A stretch of DNA of 63,179 nucleotides, filler included, from Dirinaria sp. TL-2023a (lineage: Eukaryota), in NCBI GenBank assembly GCA_051941275.1. It is 47 parts of 47 records of this genome, joined end to end, with 100 filler letters (N's around TTAATTAATTAA, not from the genome) between each part and the next. Parts side by side here need not be neighbours in the genome. Positions count along the whole stretch, not along the records: positions 47,385 to 48,614 come from JAVEBF010002881.1; positions 48,715 to 49,943 come from JAVEBF010002882.1; positions 50,044 to 51,272 come from JAVEBF010002883.1; positions 51,373 to 52,598 come from JAVEBF010002884.1; positions 52,699 to 53,924 come from JAVEBF010002885.1; positions 54,025 to 55,249 come from JAVEBF010002886.1; positions 55,350 to 56,574 come from JAVEBF010002887.1; positions 56,675 to 57,897 come from JAVEBF010002888.1; 39 more parts are not named here. One strand, given 5' to 3'. Positions 47,385 to 60,691 of the stretch are shown here, piece after piece (the first letter of the stretch is position 1; every line of letters starts with the position of its first letter). Under the pieces are notes generated by a model. That model was given only the letters and a program-made list of their open reading frames with translations, made no database searches and had not been told where the DNA came from. The translations under genes were made by a program, and so were the position numbers.

Positions 47385-47620
47385 TATATAATATTCACAT
47401 CGAGAATATTTTTCAAATATCGAAATATATTTTTTGCGACGTTTATATGTATTGCATTTGAGTTTGTAACAAAATCGTTTACGTTTACATAAACTTTTAC
47501 ATTGTTATCACAGAACTCAAAAATAATGTTAAAAAACTTTAATAATATTTTGCGTTTTATAATATAATCTATATTTTGATAATTTTCTCGCAAAATCTCA
47601 TAAATTTTTGTTACGATTTT
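47385..47620 (-). pseudogene. Copia RT C-terminal relic, heavily mutated
   Basis: NSNAIHINVAKNIFRYLKNIL resembles P...H..AAK.ILRYLKGT. Confidence 0.7.
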
Positions 47621-48053
47621 TGTAATAGTGATACTTGATACGTTGATACATATTAACCAATGCGGGCTAGCGCCGTCTGGGGTCGAAGATCAAGAGTCAT
47701 ATTCATGAATAGACGTCTTGAGCATAACAATTATGCTTGCGTCGTCGAATCGTCAGCTCTCGAAGATCAAGATCTTTAGCTGTGCAAGCGTCAGTGAAAA
47801 GTCGACATTTGTAAAGAATTGTATTTATTGACTCTTCTGATTATCTAGCGCGAGACTGTTTATGATAAAGCATCATGACGAAGTCGTGTTGAGATTCGCA
47901 ATTAAGTATAAAAAATCACTCATCGTTCTCGAGAAATTCTCAGTGATTAATTCTAGCAAGAACTATAATACTAAATAGCAAGCAAGTTTATTACACTGTC
48001 ACGTCTTTCACATAAATATTTATCGACTCGTACTCGATGAGTACGATCTTACA
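47621..48053 (+). mobile_element. LTR, family D2 (probable 5' LTR)
   Basis: Near-identical to 5611-6043 and followed by a gag-like frame. Confidence 0.88.
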
Positions 48054-48103
48054 GTTTTAATCACTTCAACGCTTTCAAGAAAAAGACTCGAAATGTAATA
48101 ACG

Positions 48104-48614
48104 ATGACGTTCTCACGAGAAATGCTTGAGTCACAGCGTGAGAGCGATTTCGAAATCATTGTCAACGATCGTCAGTGACTCGTCTTCGAGTCTTTGTTAT
48201 TTAATATCGAACAAGATAATAGTTTCGACATCTTGCGAAATGATCTCGCTCAGCGTATTCGTGATTTAGAAGCTCAGAATCAGTTTCTGCGAAGTTAAAA
48301 TCGATTGCGAGATTTGCAGAATGAGAATCGTCGTCTGACAGTCGACGTTTCGAAAAATATCACGAGTGTCGCGCAATCGATTCTCGTTAAAAATAAAAAC
48401 ATCAAATCAGAAAAGATGCGTTTTTATAAAAGAGAGTCTCAGAGCGAGCATGTGCGATGATTTAAAAAGATCGAGATCAAATATCTGATGAGCTCGAATT
48501 ATTTTCTTAATGATCGTTCTAAAATTGTTTATTGTATGCAATTCTTAAAAGATGACTCTGTCACGCAATGATATCAAATCGGCAAAGATGATATCGATCT
48601 TAATAGTTTTATTT
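48104..48614 (+). pseudogene. Gypsy gag relic
   Basis: KSEKMRFYKRESQSEHVR*F...YFLNDRSKIVYCMQFLKDDSVTQ*Y, typical of a retrotransposon gag capsid region. Confidence 0.72.
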
Positions 48615-48760
48615 NNNNNNNNNNNNNNNNNNNNNNNNNNNNNNNNNNNNNNNNNNNNTTAATTAATTAANNNNNNNNNNNNNNNNNNNNNNNNNNNNNN
48701 NNNNNNNNNNNNNNGGGGGGGGGGTGGAGCTGGGAGGCAAAGAATTGACGGCTGAGCCAG

Positions 48761-49943
48761 ATTATCTCAAGTATGACAATTGCTACAACGCAGGCCAGTC
48801 AGGCACGCAATTGATTAGCTACAACCGTTACGATGCCATGTCCAAGGCATTAAATGCCACGGGCCGCCCGATCCTCTACTCCATGTGCAATTGGTACGTA
48901 CCTTCCAGCCTATGTATACCACATCTTTTATCCAGCAAAAAATGAAAAAACATTTGCGGAGCAAAAGCGATCTCCCCAAGGCGTCCTCCAACTTCTCGAA
49001 TTTTACCGTCCGAAACAGGCATGCTAACCTCGCAAACCCTCCTTTAGGGGCGAAGACTACCCCTGGAACTGGGCGCAAACAATAGCCAACAGCTGGCGAA
49101 TCTCAGGCGACGTCTACGACTCCTTCTCCCGGCCCGATAGCCAATGCCCATGCACGAGCTACGACTGTCCCCTCGCAGGCTTCCACTGCTCAGTCCTAAA
49201 CATCCTCAACAAAGCCGCGCCGATCCCGTCCAAAGCGCAGCCGGGGGCGTGGAACGACCTCGACATGCTGGAAGTCGGCAACGGCGGCATGAGCGACAGC
49301 GAATACGTGCTGCACTTCTCGCTGTGGGCGATCCTGAAATCGCCGCTCATCATCGGCACCGACGTCCGCAACATGACCCCGGCCACGCTGGCCATCTACT
49401 CCAACCCGGCCGTGCTCGCCGTCAGCCAGGATCCCATGGGTACCTCGGCGTACCGGGTCTGGACCCGCCCCGCCGCCACAGACGAATACGGGCAAGGCGA
49501 GATCCAGTGCTGGGTCGGCGCGCTCGCGGGCGGCGATTTCGTCGTCGCCCTCCTCAACGCGGGGAATACCAACACCACCATAAACACGACCCTCGAACAG
49601 ATCTTCGTCATCCCCAGCGCCACCAGCGCTAATGGGCTCGCGCCCCCGGTCCTGCAGAGCTGGGACGTGCACGATTTATGGGGGTATCGCATGGATGATG
49701 CGACCGCCAACGCGGTTTTGAAGGGGAATGGTACTACTCCTAATGGGGGTGCTGCTGGGTATATGGATGCGACGAATTCGACCATGAGGTATAATGCCAC
49801 CGAGATGAGTTACGCGCAAGGGCTGAAGAGCGGCGAGAAAGCGCTCTTGGGGAAGAAAGTCGGCAGTGTGCCGCCGCGGGGCACGCTGAGTGCGGTTGTC
49901 GGACGGCATGGTGTTGGGTTGTTTCGATTAAGGAGGAATGGGG
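48761..49943 (+). CDS. Alpha-galactosidase (GH27), partial, multi-exon
   Basis: YLKYDNC, RPILYSMCNW, NSWRISGD, WNDLDMLEVGNGGM and HFSLWAILKSPLIIG motifs. Confidence 0.95.
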
Positions 49944-52900
49944 NNNNNNNNNNNNNNNNNNNNNNNNNNNNNNNNNNNNNNNNNNNNTTAATTAATTAAN
50001 NNNNNNNNNNNNNNNNNNNNNNNNNNNNNNNNNNNNNNNNNNNTGCTCTTCTGTACAAAGGTCTGTTCCCTATATGACCGTAAATAACCCCTTCCATCCC
50101 GCTAACAAATCCTCGATAGCGTAAGGGTTAAAACTACAGCAGACTCCTTTCCAAGGGGTGGAGTGCTGAGAGGAGGAATCAATGTCCCGCGTTCGAACCC
50201 CGAGCCTACCTACATTACACAGCAAACTTCCCAACGGCTGTGGTGGCCTCAGGAGGGTTTCTATAGCAGGGAAACCTCGAGAGTTTGAAGGGTTGCTCTC
50301 GAGGGGCCTGGTGAATCTTTTTGCGGTTTGATTCTTTTGGATATGATACAGAGCCTTCTGTGCTCATGGAGTCGAACTGGTGTTTGGTCGTCAGGCGCGT
50401 GGCAGGGAGCACGCGCCATCTTGTCTCGTATACATGTTCTTGAGAGTTTCAAAATCGCTTTCATTTCTTCTTTGACGTATATTCAAGGTTTGCAATTGTG
50501 TTTATGGTTGTACCATTAGAGTTGAATTATGGAGCTTACGTCGACTGAATTGAAGCTTTTGAACTCTGAACCAACTTTCAATGTATCTTCGCATGATAAA
50601 CGATCACAGGATATTTCGCAGGTACTCAAGGTCAAAGTATACGCCAAAGAAGATGGCTTATCATCATTCTCGGGTCTGCAGGCATCAAAAGCAACTAAAG
50701 ATTGCTCCTAAATCCCTGGCGAAACGATAGACATGCACTTGTCCGAATGGATCACAACGAGCAACTGGAGCAACCTGAGATTATACACTCCTGGCTACAA
50801 TGAGACTGAGTATCTGTGTATGCTCGTCCTGGAGTAATTGCATATTTTCCTGGTAATGCGCATGTATCATAGTATTCTGTTCATCTTCAATGGCGAGTCG
50901 TATTACTCTAAGGACTGTAGAATCTCGAAATGTGGCTGGATGTGTTTACACTCTCATCATCAGAAGCTGCTTGTCGATTGGAATTTGCCAAATTTTCAGA
51001 ACAGAACTCGAATGCTTGTTAGTTCAGTTTGTACGAGTTTAAGAACAGTACACCCAACCCAAACAAGCTGCACAGCGCTAGAAAAGGGATAAAGCTGAAA
51101 GTTTTAGCAAGTCGAGCTGAGCCACGCGATAACTGATGAATGGCTGACGTTCTTAAACAGTACATGCTCCCTAGCTCTCTATTTCAGTTTTAGAAAAATC
51201 AAGGTTGTCTACAACAGAATGAGGAAGATGTTTAAAGCACCGAGAGGGTAGTCGAAATAGCTGCTCGCTCTCNNNNNNNNNNNNNNNNNNNNNNNNNNNN
51301 NNNNNNNNNNNNNNNNTTAATTAATTAANNNNNNNNNNNNNNNNNNNNNNNNNNNNNNNNNNNNNNNNNNNNTTTTTTTTTTTTTTTCAAAGGGAGGAGG
51401 GTTGCTCAGCTAACTTGCTTGCTTCAGGTATTGCTTGGCTTGCTTCAGAGATTACTTCTCCGTAGCTATGGACACATATAAAGAGGTATATAAAAAGGTA
51501 TAGAAATGGTTATAGAAGAGAAGAGAAGACAGGAGAGGCATTTTAAATCCAGAAGGGGGGGAATAGAGTTGTTGTTGTTGCTGTTTCGCATCTCCGTGTC
51601 TCCCCCGCCCCCCACTTTTTTCTTTTGCTACCGAGGAGTAGGAAATATGAAGACCTACTTTGATGCTTAATCAATCAGAATTGTTAATTAGGGTGACTTG
51701 AGTAATTGAAGTCTGGAGCGGGTCTGAGATAGATTTTAAACGTGTGGATGTATGACGAGAGAGAGAGGGTTTTGAATAGCACTTTTTTAATTTCATGGGG
51801 TTCTTTTTTATCGATTTTGGAGATGGGGGGATGTTGGGAAAGAGGGGGGAGGCATTGATTTCTTGAGATGCATGCTAATCATATAAGAGTTTTGTCCGTA
51901 CATGAAATCATAATTCTGGCCACGAAATAGTGCAGCAAGCGGCTTTCGAACTCGATTTTCAGATTATGGATACTGATCATTTTAGAAGGCTTCGACTACG
52001 TTGGCACCCCCTCTTCCCAGTCGCACATTTCCCTTCCCCCCTCCTTTTCTAATTTCGCATGCCCTTCTCTACTCTCTCTCTTTCGCCTCACGGTTTGCCT
52101 CAAATTTTATATACTTTCTTGCGAAGAGCATGCACTCTCTAGATAAGATAGAACTCAGAGGATAGTGTGACGTATGCGACAAGAGTTATGAGAAAACATG
52201 TAAATAGTTAATCTCTCGAACTTTAGAACTTATCTCGATTCTCAATTGAAAATTCATTCGCAGTTTTCTCGAAGTTTTTTTCGAAAGATGTACAGTTCAA
52301 CTTTCAAAGAACGTCATGATTGCTTGGACAATCTCATTATATCTTGACACTATATCTCTTGAATGACTTGAAAATGGGCGAAGAGTTGATGATTCCATTC
52401 TGAGACAGTCGAAGAAGACTTTGGGGTGAGTAGAGTGAGAGGCGTGTGCCATTGAAAAGAGAAGAGGTGTGCCATCAGAAAGATGAGGTGTGCGCCTAGC
52501 GGCGGCCTTGTTAAATAGATTCATTCAATTCTCGTTGATTGATGTCTCAGGACTAGAGTTCCAAAACTCTTCGCTTTTATTTTTGCGCATATTTAACANN
52601 NNNNNNNNNNNNNNNNNNNNNNNNNNNNNNNNNNNNNNNNNNTTAATTAATTAANNNNNNNNNNNNNNNNNNNNNNNNNNNNNNNNNNNNNNNNNNNNCG
52701 TCATCTTAGTATGGGAGAGTGGACCTCGCAAGCCCTGGCCATAGAGCAACAGCGTGCTGGGCACGGAGCTAGGGATCACGTGTGAGCGGCTCTCCGCCGA
52801 TATATGTAGCATTGACATTTGTATCTAGGTCCTAATCACTCCTTTAGCATTCATACGGGACCTATACAGGTCGGTTTCCCTGGGCTCTCGGTGCACGCAT

Positions 52901-53831
52901 TGGTGCTAGGTCATTCTCCCGGTCTATCCGCCACATCTATTCCCTCACAATACCTGTACCCTACATTATTAGCAAGAAATCTCAAGACAATCTTTTCAAA
53001 ATAGCACGCTGCCTGCTAGCAACCTCCCTACCATCCAGCATATCCTTAACCATGAAGCGCGATCTATTCCTGCCGTGAAAAACTCGAAACCAAAATTCCA
53101 TTTATCATCTCCGCCTTCCCCGACCCACATCAAGGACCCAGCATACGACATCATTAAATATCTCCAAGAAGAGAAAAAAAGATTGACAATCGTTACCGTG
53201 AACGTCGAAACTAACGAAATTCCTGAGCTGTTAACTGAAAGTTAGATTGACATCGGGGTCGGCGTCCCCCTTTTTTTTGTTAGGGGGGCAGCTGTTGCGG
53301 ATATCGTGATGATCTTGACGTTTGCTTCTGCTTTTTTGACTCTTTTCCTTGTTAGTTGCTTGGGCACCATGATACAATTTTCTCAAACACCAGATACCCC
53401 ACAAAAGAATCATCATCCACTCATACCTAAATCCAACTGAACTTACCAAACGCTTTTCAAGCTCATAATCTATTGAAATACATGCATTGAAAGATGACTT
53501 GATAAAATGATCATTCACAAAAAAAAAAAAAAAAAAAAAAAACTACGACAGAGTTTGTCATTCTAAGTACAAGAGGGGGGGACTAGAACATTGATTATTT
53601 GGGTAGAATTCGAATTGAGCTCTGATATATCGATGATTTTTGATATAGAGAAGACGTAGAGGATTGAGAAATCTGGATTGACGAGGAATATAAAAGGCGC
53701 GGGCTCAATAACCCCAATATAAAACGTCAAGCTTAGAATCCACTCCAAGATCATTCAATTAATAACCCAAAACAGCCATCGTTCAATCTCCCCTAAATCA
53801 ACATCCCTGTTTCGTCTCCCTGCCCCTTTCA

Positions 53832-53863
<32 letters not shown>

Positions 53864-54024
53864 ATGACCCCTTAAAAAATAATTCCCAAGCCACAAAAAA
53901 AATTTTGAAATAAATAAGTAGAACNNNNNNNNNNNNNNNNNNNNNNNNNNNNNNNNNNNNNNNNNNNNTTAATTAATTAANNNNNNNNNNNNNNNNNNNN
54001 NNNNNNNNNNNNNNNNNNNNNNNN

Positions 54025-54615
54025 TTGGCGCGTCGAGGCGGTGTCAAGCGTATCTCAGGTGACATCTACGACACAGTCCGAGGCGCAATGAGTGATCGGC
54101 TTCGCACAGTAAGTGCTGGCTTCATGATTCAGCTGGTTGGGTATGAGCACTAATTTCATCCGGCAGATTTTAGAGCAATGTAGTATGATGCTGGAACATT
54201 GCGATCGTAAAAGTAAGTCTTTGAAGGTCCACCGTATCCTTGGTATTTGCTAATTACCAAATCAATTTGTGTATGTAGCTGTGACGGTTTCCGATGTAAG
54301 TCTTCCTGCAACCGAGAGACAGGATGACTGTATACTAAAAGCACGTAATGCAGGTGATTTTTGTGCTTCGACGGGTAAGCTCCTTTGCTCTCAGTGTCAC
54401 CCTCACCTTCTCTTATTCCCCATTTCCTTTGGCTCTCTTTTTCCCTTCCAACCGACAAACAATCTTGACTGACTAATCTCCTCCCGTCTACAGTTAGGAC
54501 GGCCTATTTACGGTACGCATACTGCCCCTCCCCCTTTTCCCCAGCTCTCAGCACTCTTATGAGCTATCATTACTAAACTCAATCAGGCTTCGAAAGTACT
54601 CGCGGGCGCCGCTGA
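54025..54615 (+). CDS. Divergent histone H4 variant (H4E/hH4v-like), at least 5 introns, 5' truncated
   Basis: Spliced product LARRGGVKRISGDIYDTVRGAMSDRLRT|ILEQCSMMLEHCDRKT|VTVSD|VIFVLRR|LGRPIYG|FESTRGRR*. All introns are GT-AG. Confidence 0.88.
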
Positions 54616-55351
54616 GATCCGTTTCAAGTCCATTCAACCAAATCTCACAATCAAACATCCCTAGCTACAGCCTTGTACGATACCTCAAGCCCCACCACGC
54701 ATTCTACATACACCCTGAACCCCAATCTCAGTCAAGATAAACGGATCCACCCAAAAACGCAGCCCGTTTTTCAAAATTCGATATCTGGCATAACGCCACA
54801 AGTCAGATATCCCCCCCCCCTTTTTATTTCCCGGGCAAATCACCAACCAGGGGGGCTTTTTTAAAAAATCCTCCGAAATCTCGATGTCTGTCCAAAAGGT
54901 CCCACTCAGCGTAGCCAACACAAAAAAGGGGGAGGTGTATTCTTCAAGTCCTTTACTCACCTTTTCTTTTTCTTTTCTCTATGGAACCAATATGATACCC
55001 CACAACCCCAAAAACATCCATGTATGTACATACATATGTTAGAACCCCAAAATCCCAAAAAAAAAAAAAAAATCCAAGAAATCCATATCGTCCTCACCTC
55101 AAGTCATGACCAACCCCCCCCATCAAAAACCCTCAATGCCAAAACCAGAAAAAGAGCAATCCAATCTACCTCACTTCAATTTCTCAATTTTCATTTCCCT
55201 CGTATAATAAGTCATCTCAAAGGTAAAACGTAAAGTAAAGTAAAGTAAANNNNNNNNNNNNNNNNNNNNNNNNNNNNNNNNNNNNNNNNNNNNTTAATTA
55301 ATTAANNNNNNNNNNNNNNNNNNNNNNNNNNNNNNNNNNNNNNNNNNNNAG

Positions 55352-56232
55352 AAACACGTGCAGAAAAAGAGCAATTGAGCGAAAATAACGATCATGAGCA
55401 TCGCGAGCGCACAGAGAACAACACGCGTCAACGTTACTGCTACATCGTCGGAGCGTCAGCTGAGCAGAGAACTGAAGATTGTGATCTGAATCAAAGAAGA
55501 CGCGAAAGCGAAAAGAGTATAGAAAATGAGTGCAGCAGAGATGATCGCACTGACACAAGAACTCAACAGCGTCAACACGCTGTCGACGCGCAAAAGTATA
55601 TTGAGAATTCGAAAATTCAAAAACATGATAGTTTTTCGCGTCGACTCGAAGACTGTCAAAAAAACGCTGAAATCGAGCGATCATTGAGTCAAAGATGTGT
55701 TCAAAACGATCACTCTGCGTCAGAAACGCGCAGACGTACTGATACACGAAATACGAGTCAAAAGAATGTCAGCAGATATGACGAAGAATTCAAAGATCAT
55801 TGAAAAAGTCTGCGCGAGAACACACTCGAGACTTAAAATGAATAAGACAGAGTGATTTACGAAGAATATCGACAAAAAAGATTATTCGTTTTTAATCGTG
55901 TGAGTCACGAGCGCTGAGATAACAAATCGTCTGATTCAATGAAATATAACGATTGAATTCGACATCAAAACGATTTAGTACTACGATAGAGAGAGCAGAC
56001 TGAAACAATGCTTGAAATGTCAAGAATATAAACATCTAATCTACGCGTGCAAGAATAATCAACAATGCGCTCACTGCGCACAGAATCATCGCACAGAAAT
56101 CTGCTTTAACATCAAAAAAGAGAACAGCTGAAAATGCGAAGCATGCAAAGACAAGCATCGAGCGTTTGATCTCAGATGTTTTAAAAGACAGACTGAAAAA
56201 CAAAGAATCAGAGTCGTCGAAAAAATGAGATC
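55352..56232 (+). pseudogene. Tad1-like LINE ORF1 relic with three zinc knuckles
   Basis: QCLKCQEYKHLIYAC, CAHCAQNHRTEIC and KCEACKDKHRAFDLRC, with stops. Confidence 0.85.
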
Positions 56233-56481
56233 TGTTAGGACCGGTGCAGAATATATGATCTATGCAGGTGCTATTAACTAAATACACAAAGTATGAAGAA
56301 GAAAAGAAATCTATGAACTGGAACCAGGTATAATATCGATGTGTGGGCGTTGAACCCCGATCGGTCGGACAGATCATCACTTCGGATGCGCTAACCTCGA
56401 TCAGGTCAAAACTCAACATCACACATAAAAACCTTATAGAAAATGACTCAAGTAACAACAGTGAGAGCCAGACTCGTAACA
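56233..56481 (-). mobile_element. 3' LTR, family A2, with PPT, interrupting the LINE
   Basis: TGTTA...TAACA termini. GAGAGAGAGGTAG on the minus strand after 56481. Copy at 252-500. Confidence 0.88.
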
Positions 56482-57638
56482 CTACCTCTCTCTCTCAAAA
56501 AGCGGTGTTCTCATCGCGTGTATGCCTTAGTCATGACGTCGATGACGTCTCTGCGAAGATTTGTTATTGTTGACNNNNNNNNNNNNNNNNNNNNNNNNNN
56601 NNNNNNNNNNNNNNNNNNTTAATTAATTAANNNNNNNNNNNNNNNNNNNNNNNNNNNNNNNNNNNNNNNNNNNNACAGTACCTACCCTACTTTACCTAAC
56701 CCTTTCGAATCCTCCATTGGAAATGAAAACATATACCAGCACAAAACAGCACCTAGGGTGGATCTTTTTACAGAAAATTTCCCCGGAAATAATGGAAACA
56801 AAAATATGCGGCGGAGGTTTTGACATGTTTAGCTCCGCGTCGAGAGAAGAAAAGTTCAATCAGAGAACCAGGTCGTGATTTCGGGTTTTTGTTATAAATT
56901 TCTTAAAAGAGGAGGGGGGGGGGGGGGGGTAGGGTTCGGGTAAGCATGGGAAAGGAAGGGAAGCGATTTTTTCTTTTCTTTTGGAAGATTTTGTTTGACG
57001 TTTGGCGTTTTGGCTCTGAAGGAATATAGAGGGGGAGGGGGAGATGGAGATATGTATATGTATAAGGTATGTATGTGTGTGCATGTTGAAAAGAGTAACG
57101 GAAGAGGAGAGATGAGAAGCGAAGGAAAAGGAAGAATACAGAGGCTTTGATCGAAACATAAACATCTCTTCTTCTCACCAACCTCTATCTACCTTCACTA
57201 CTACTTTCCATGAACCAGTGGTCTCGATTGCTTATCTTCTCCGAGAAAAGAATTAGAATTACATCCACTACTGTCACCACACACTCTTCCCTCTCCTTTC
57301 CCCCTTCCCCCTTTGCAACTACCGTCTTATCTCCCTCCCTGCTCTCTAATCATTCCCTCGTAGTAGATACAGAGAGAAAGAAAGAGATAACAAATGCCAA
57401 GTTAACTTTGCACGCGACAATGCCAAATCATGATTGTGAAAAAAAAAAAAAAAACCGCGAACGTCCTAGATCCCAGATCTAGAACGAGCTTCGTGGACCC
57501 CGCTTTTTCTATTTGAAATTTTTTTCCTCGTGGGTATTTGGCATGTAAAAACGAGCCCCTTAAAACAACAAGATCGCAACCAAACGCAAACATCCGTTAC
57601 AAATGATGCTGATGATGGTGATATGAAGGGGCGGCTGT

Positions 57639-57897
57639 TTATGCGAGGAAAAGAGCGGCGAAGGCGGCCAGGGCGGCGACGCCCATGGAGCTGCTGACGG
57701 TGCTGGCAGCGCCGGTGAAGGGCGCGATTGGCGAGCCGGTTGGCTGGGGAGGCGAGACGCTGTGTTTTTGTTTTAGCTTCATTGTGCTGTTGGCTGAAAC
57801 GACAGGGAGATGGTAGAACTTACACGCCGGATGAGGCAGCAGTGCCTGATGGGACTGGTACTGGAGCAGTGCCGTACGGCACAGGGGCGCTTGTTGC
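57639..57897 (-). CDS. GPI-anchored Ser/Thr/Pro-rich cell-wall protein, C-terminus
   Basis: APVPYGTAPVPVPSGTAASSG|...PFTGAASTVSSSMGVAALAAFAALFLA*, a GPI-signal-like tail. Confidence 0.78.
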
Positions 57898-58231
57898 NNN
57901 NNNNNNNNNNNNNNNNNNNNNNNNNNNNNNNNNNNNNNNNNTTAATTAATTAANNNNNNNNNNNNNNNNNNNNNNNNNNNNNNNNNNNNNNNNNNNNTTA
58001 TTTGACAACAATTTTAACGTTGGCAATAAGCCAACGGGCCACAAGGGCCAACAAAACCCCAAATACCACCGCCACCACCAGCACTGCGACCTCGTCAGCG
58101 ACTTTCAGGCACGCCGACGTGACATGAACTTACACAAAACGAGGCGGCCGCCCGACACCCCGCGCGGGCGGCGGTCGGGAGCCGAAGAGAAGGGCGAGAG
58201 GGGGGCGGACCGCAGAGCCACTATATGGCAA

Positions 58232-58525
58232 TCAATTAGTCAGTATTTCGCTATACTCGCACACCTTCGCAGCACGTCTTCGCAGAGGGCGAAGAAAGAG
58301 TAAGCACTTATCAGACCAAGCCACAAACGCGCGCTTAAAAGCGTCATCGTCCTCATTTGCTGCCGCGGCGCGGACGGCGATCGCGAGGTCAGCGGCGGGG
58401 TCCGATTCGCATCGGTGCTTGCTTGCGCTACAATAAGCGCACTTCGTCTGACGAACGCCAGACGAAGCAACACATCGATGCGAGCGATCCACCGTCAGCC
58501 TCGCAACACATCGTCGACATCAGGT
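58232..58525 (-). pseudogene. Cys-cluster (Zn2Cys6-like) protein fragment in repeat-like DNA
   Basis: CRRCVARLTVDRSHRC...KCAYCSASKHRC spacing. Confidence 0.45.
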
Positions 58526-59349
58526 CAGATTGATCTGACCGACTACTCAGTATGTTAGCCAGCTTCTTCGCAACTATACCGTAGCGAGTCTATCTGCGGC
58601 GAAAATCGGCATCAAAGAAGTGGGGGAGTCGAGAGAGGGACGCGAGCACGTCAGAAGAGCCCGCAGGCGAGGGAGCGGCGTCGGCGAGGGTCGGGAGCGC
58701 GAACCCGAGGAGCAACTGCGCGGAGAGCGAGGGGGGCGGCAGCGCAGGCGACGGCACAAAACGGCCGTTGGGGCCGCGCGAGCGACCCCGAAGGGCAGAC
58801 TTTTTTGTCTATGCGAACGTCAGCGATGATCCTCAGCGATCTCAGCAGCCTCGCAGCGAAAGTACTTATCATAGTTGTTCTCTGTCAAACAGAAGTCGAT
58901 ATGTTAGTCAGTCTGCTCGATTTGAATCGCATAGCAACATCAAGAGAGTGATCGCAACGCAAACTCGCGCTGCAAGCAACAGAAATCAGCTCAAATCGCA
59001 TTCATATCGACTTGCGACTGTCGATGTCATCGCAGAGCAGATATCAGAGTAGTCAGGCACGCAAGAGAAGGTGATCAGATAGCAAAACGTCGCAGAAAGA
59101 GCGCTGAGATTATACTTACAAAGCTTGTCTATGTCTGTAGATGAAGAAGAAAAGAAGAAGAAGAAGAAGCAGACGAAAAGAAAGATGATTAAATATCTTC
59201 TACTGTCATCTCAACCACGCNNNNNNNNNNNNNNNNNNNNNNNNNNNNNNNNNNNNNNNNNNNNTTAATTAATTAANNNNNNNNNNNNNNNNNNNNNNNN
59301 NNNNNNNNNNNNNNNNNNNNCCGTTACCACCAACCACAAATACCCATGC

Positions 59350-59541
59350 CTAGGCCGACTTCCCCTCGTACCACTTAACATCCTTCCTCGGCTCGCCGGT
59401 CGAGGATCGAGACTCATTCTCCTTGTGGGTCAAGCCGGGTGCATTGACGAGCTTCTCCTTCTGCTCCTTGGTTAATAAGAGTGAGTCGTTGCTCTTTGAG
59501 GAGGAGGATTGTGATTGTTGTTGGTTGTTGGAGGTAGGCAT
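59350..59541 (-). CDS. Small hydrophilic hypothetical protein (63 aa)
   Basis: Complete ORF with an A-rich leader (AAAAAATG). Family not recognised. Confidence 0.4.
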   Translation of the reverse strand: MPTSNNQQQSQSSSSKSNDSLLLTKEQKEKLVNAPGLTHKENESRSSTGEPRKDVKWYEGKSA

Positions 59542-60691
59542 TTTTTGGTGGTTTTTTTCTCGCGTGGGAGGATTTTTTGGGAAGAGTGGTTTATGTGTTT
59601 GTAGCTGGGAAATTTTGGGGGTTTTTGGGTTTTGAGGCGGACATTGCTTGGGTTGTGGTTTAGAAAGGTCAATAGTGGGGGGAGGGAGTCCTGCTTTTGT
59701 AGAAGAAGGGTAAGGGGTGATGAGACAGGTATTGTGTTGGTCACAAGCAGATTGTCAGTAGTGTTCATCGAGGTGATGTGGACAAAGAATGAGTTGAGTC
59801 ATATTTCTTGAGATATCACAATCGCATTGTTTGACGTGTTCGATGCTGCGATTTGAACACTGACCTCTGAGTCCCGGATCTATCAGCAGCCGCATGCTAA
59901 TAAAAGGGGAATTTTCAGCAAATTGTTTGTGCATGAGATTCGTGGATTAGCATAAATCGCTCCGAGTTCGTATCACCTGTGGATTCCGAAGGTACTTGCT
60001 GACGACTTCGCCTCCAACCCGGGATGAGTAAGCCATTTGGCATTTTTTGAGAGCTAAGTCCTGGGAATGAACTGTATCGTTCAAGTCACAAAACCCTCTG
60101 CTGGTGGAAACAGTGGTGCAGCAAGTAGTTAACGGATAGCCAAGAGTTGAAACTTCCATACCTCGGCAAGAATGGGCGATTGGTCTGTTCATAAGTGCAT
60201 TCAATTCGTCCATTTCTATCGTTCGTGACACTGATCAACTTCAACGGTGTGACTATTCAAGGTCGCCATTTCTTTGCTGAACTAGTCCGTCATCATTTCG
60301 TAGATACGTTTCATCATAAGTTACTGGTCTGCTTGGCAAACGCTTAGAATAAGCACCTCGACACGGCGTGTGAGAGTCGCGATGATACTATCGGAGGAAG
60401 AGCACCTCAGCGTGACTGGCATTGGCGAGTGGGTGCTATATCAAAAACGCTGGTGGAAGGTTCGGCTTACTTCTAATAGCAAGTCCATAGCTGTGTGATG
60501 TAGACTTGTAATGGGTTTTGTAGGCTCGACGAGGATGAATCNNNNNNNNNNNNNNNNNNNNNNNNNNNNNNNNNNNNNNNNNNNNTTAATTAATTAANNN
60601 NNNNNNNNNNNNNNNNNNNNNNNNNNNNNNNNNNNNNNNNNCCCTACCACCTTTCAATTTTCTAACGCATATGTCCAAAAACCCCCTACAG

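Noticed and set aside
47616..48058. ATTTT/GTTTT as the TSD of a solo LTR
   Set aside because: The flanks are different elements (Copia RT on the left, gag on the right), so a 5' LTR is more likely. The match is low-complexity.
50110..50210. tRNA-like A box (TAGCGTAAGGG) and B box (GTTCGAACC)
   Set aside because: No acceptor-stem pairing and no T-run terminator. At best a decayed SINE or tRNA remnant.
55375..55803. 142-aa ORF from the ORF track
   Set aside because: Wrong frame. The real coding frame is the stop-riddled LINE ORF1 with zinc knuckles.
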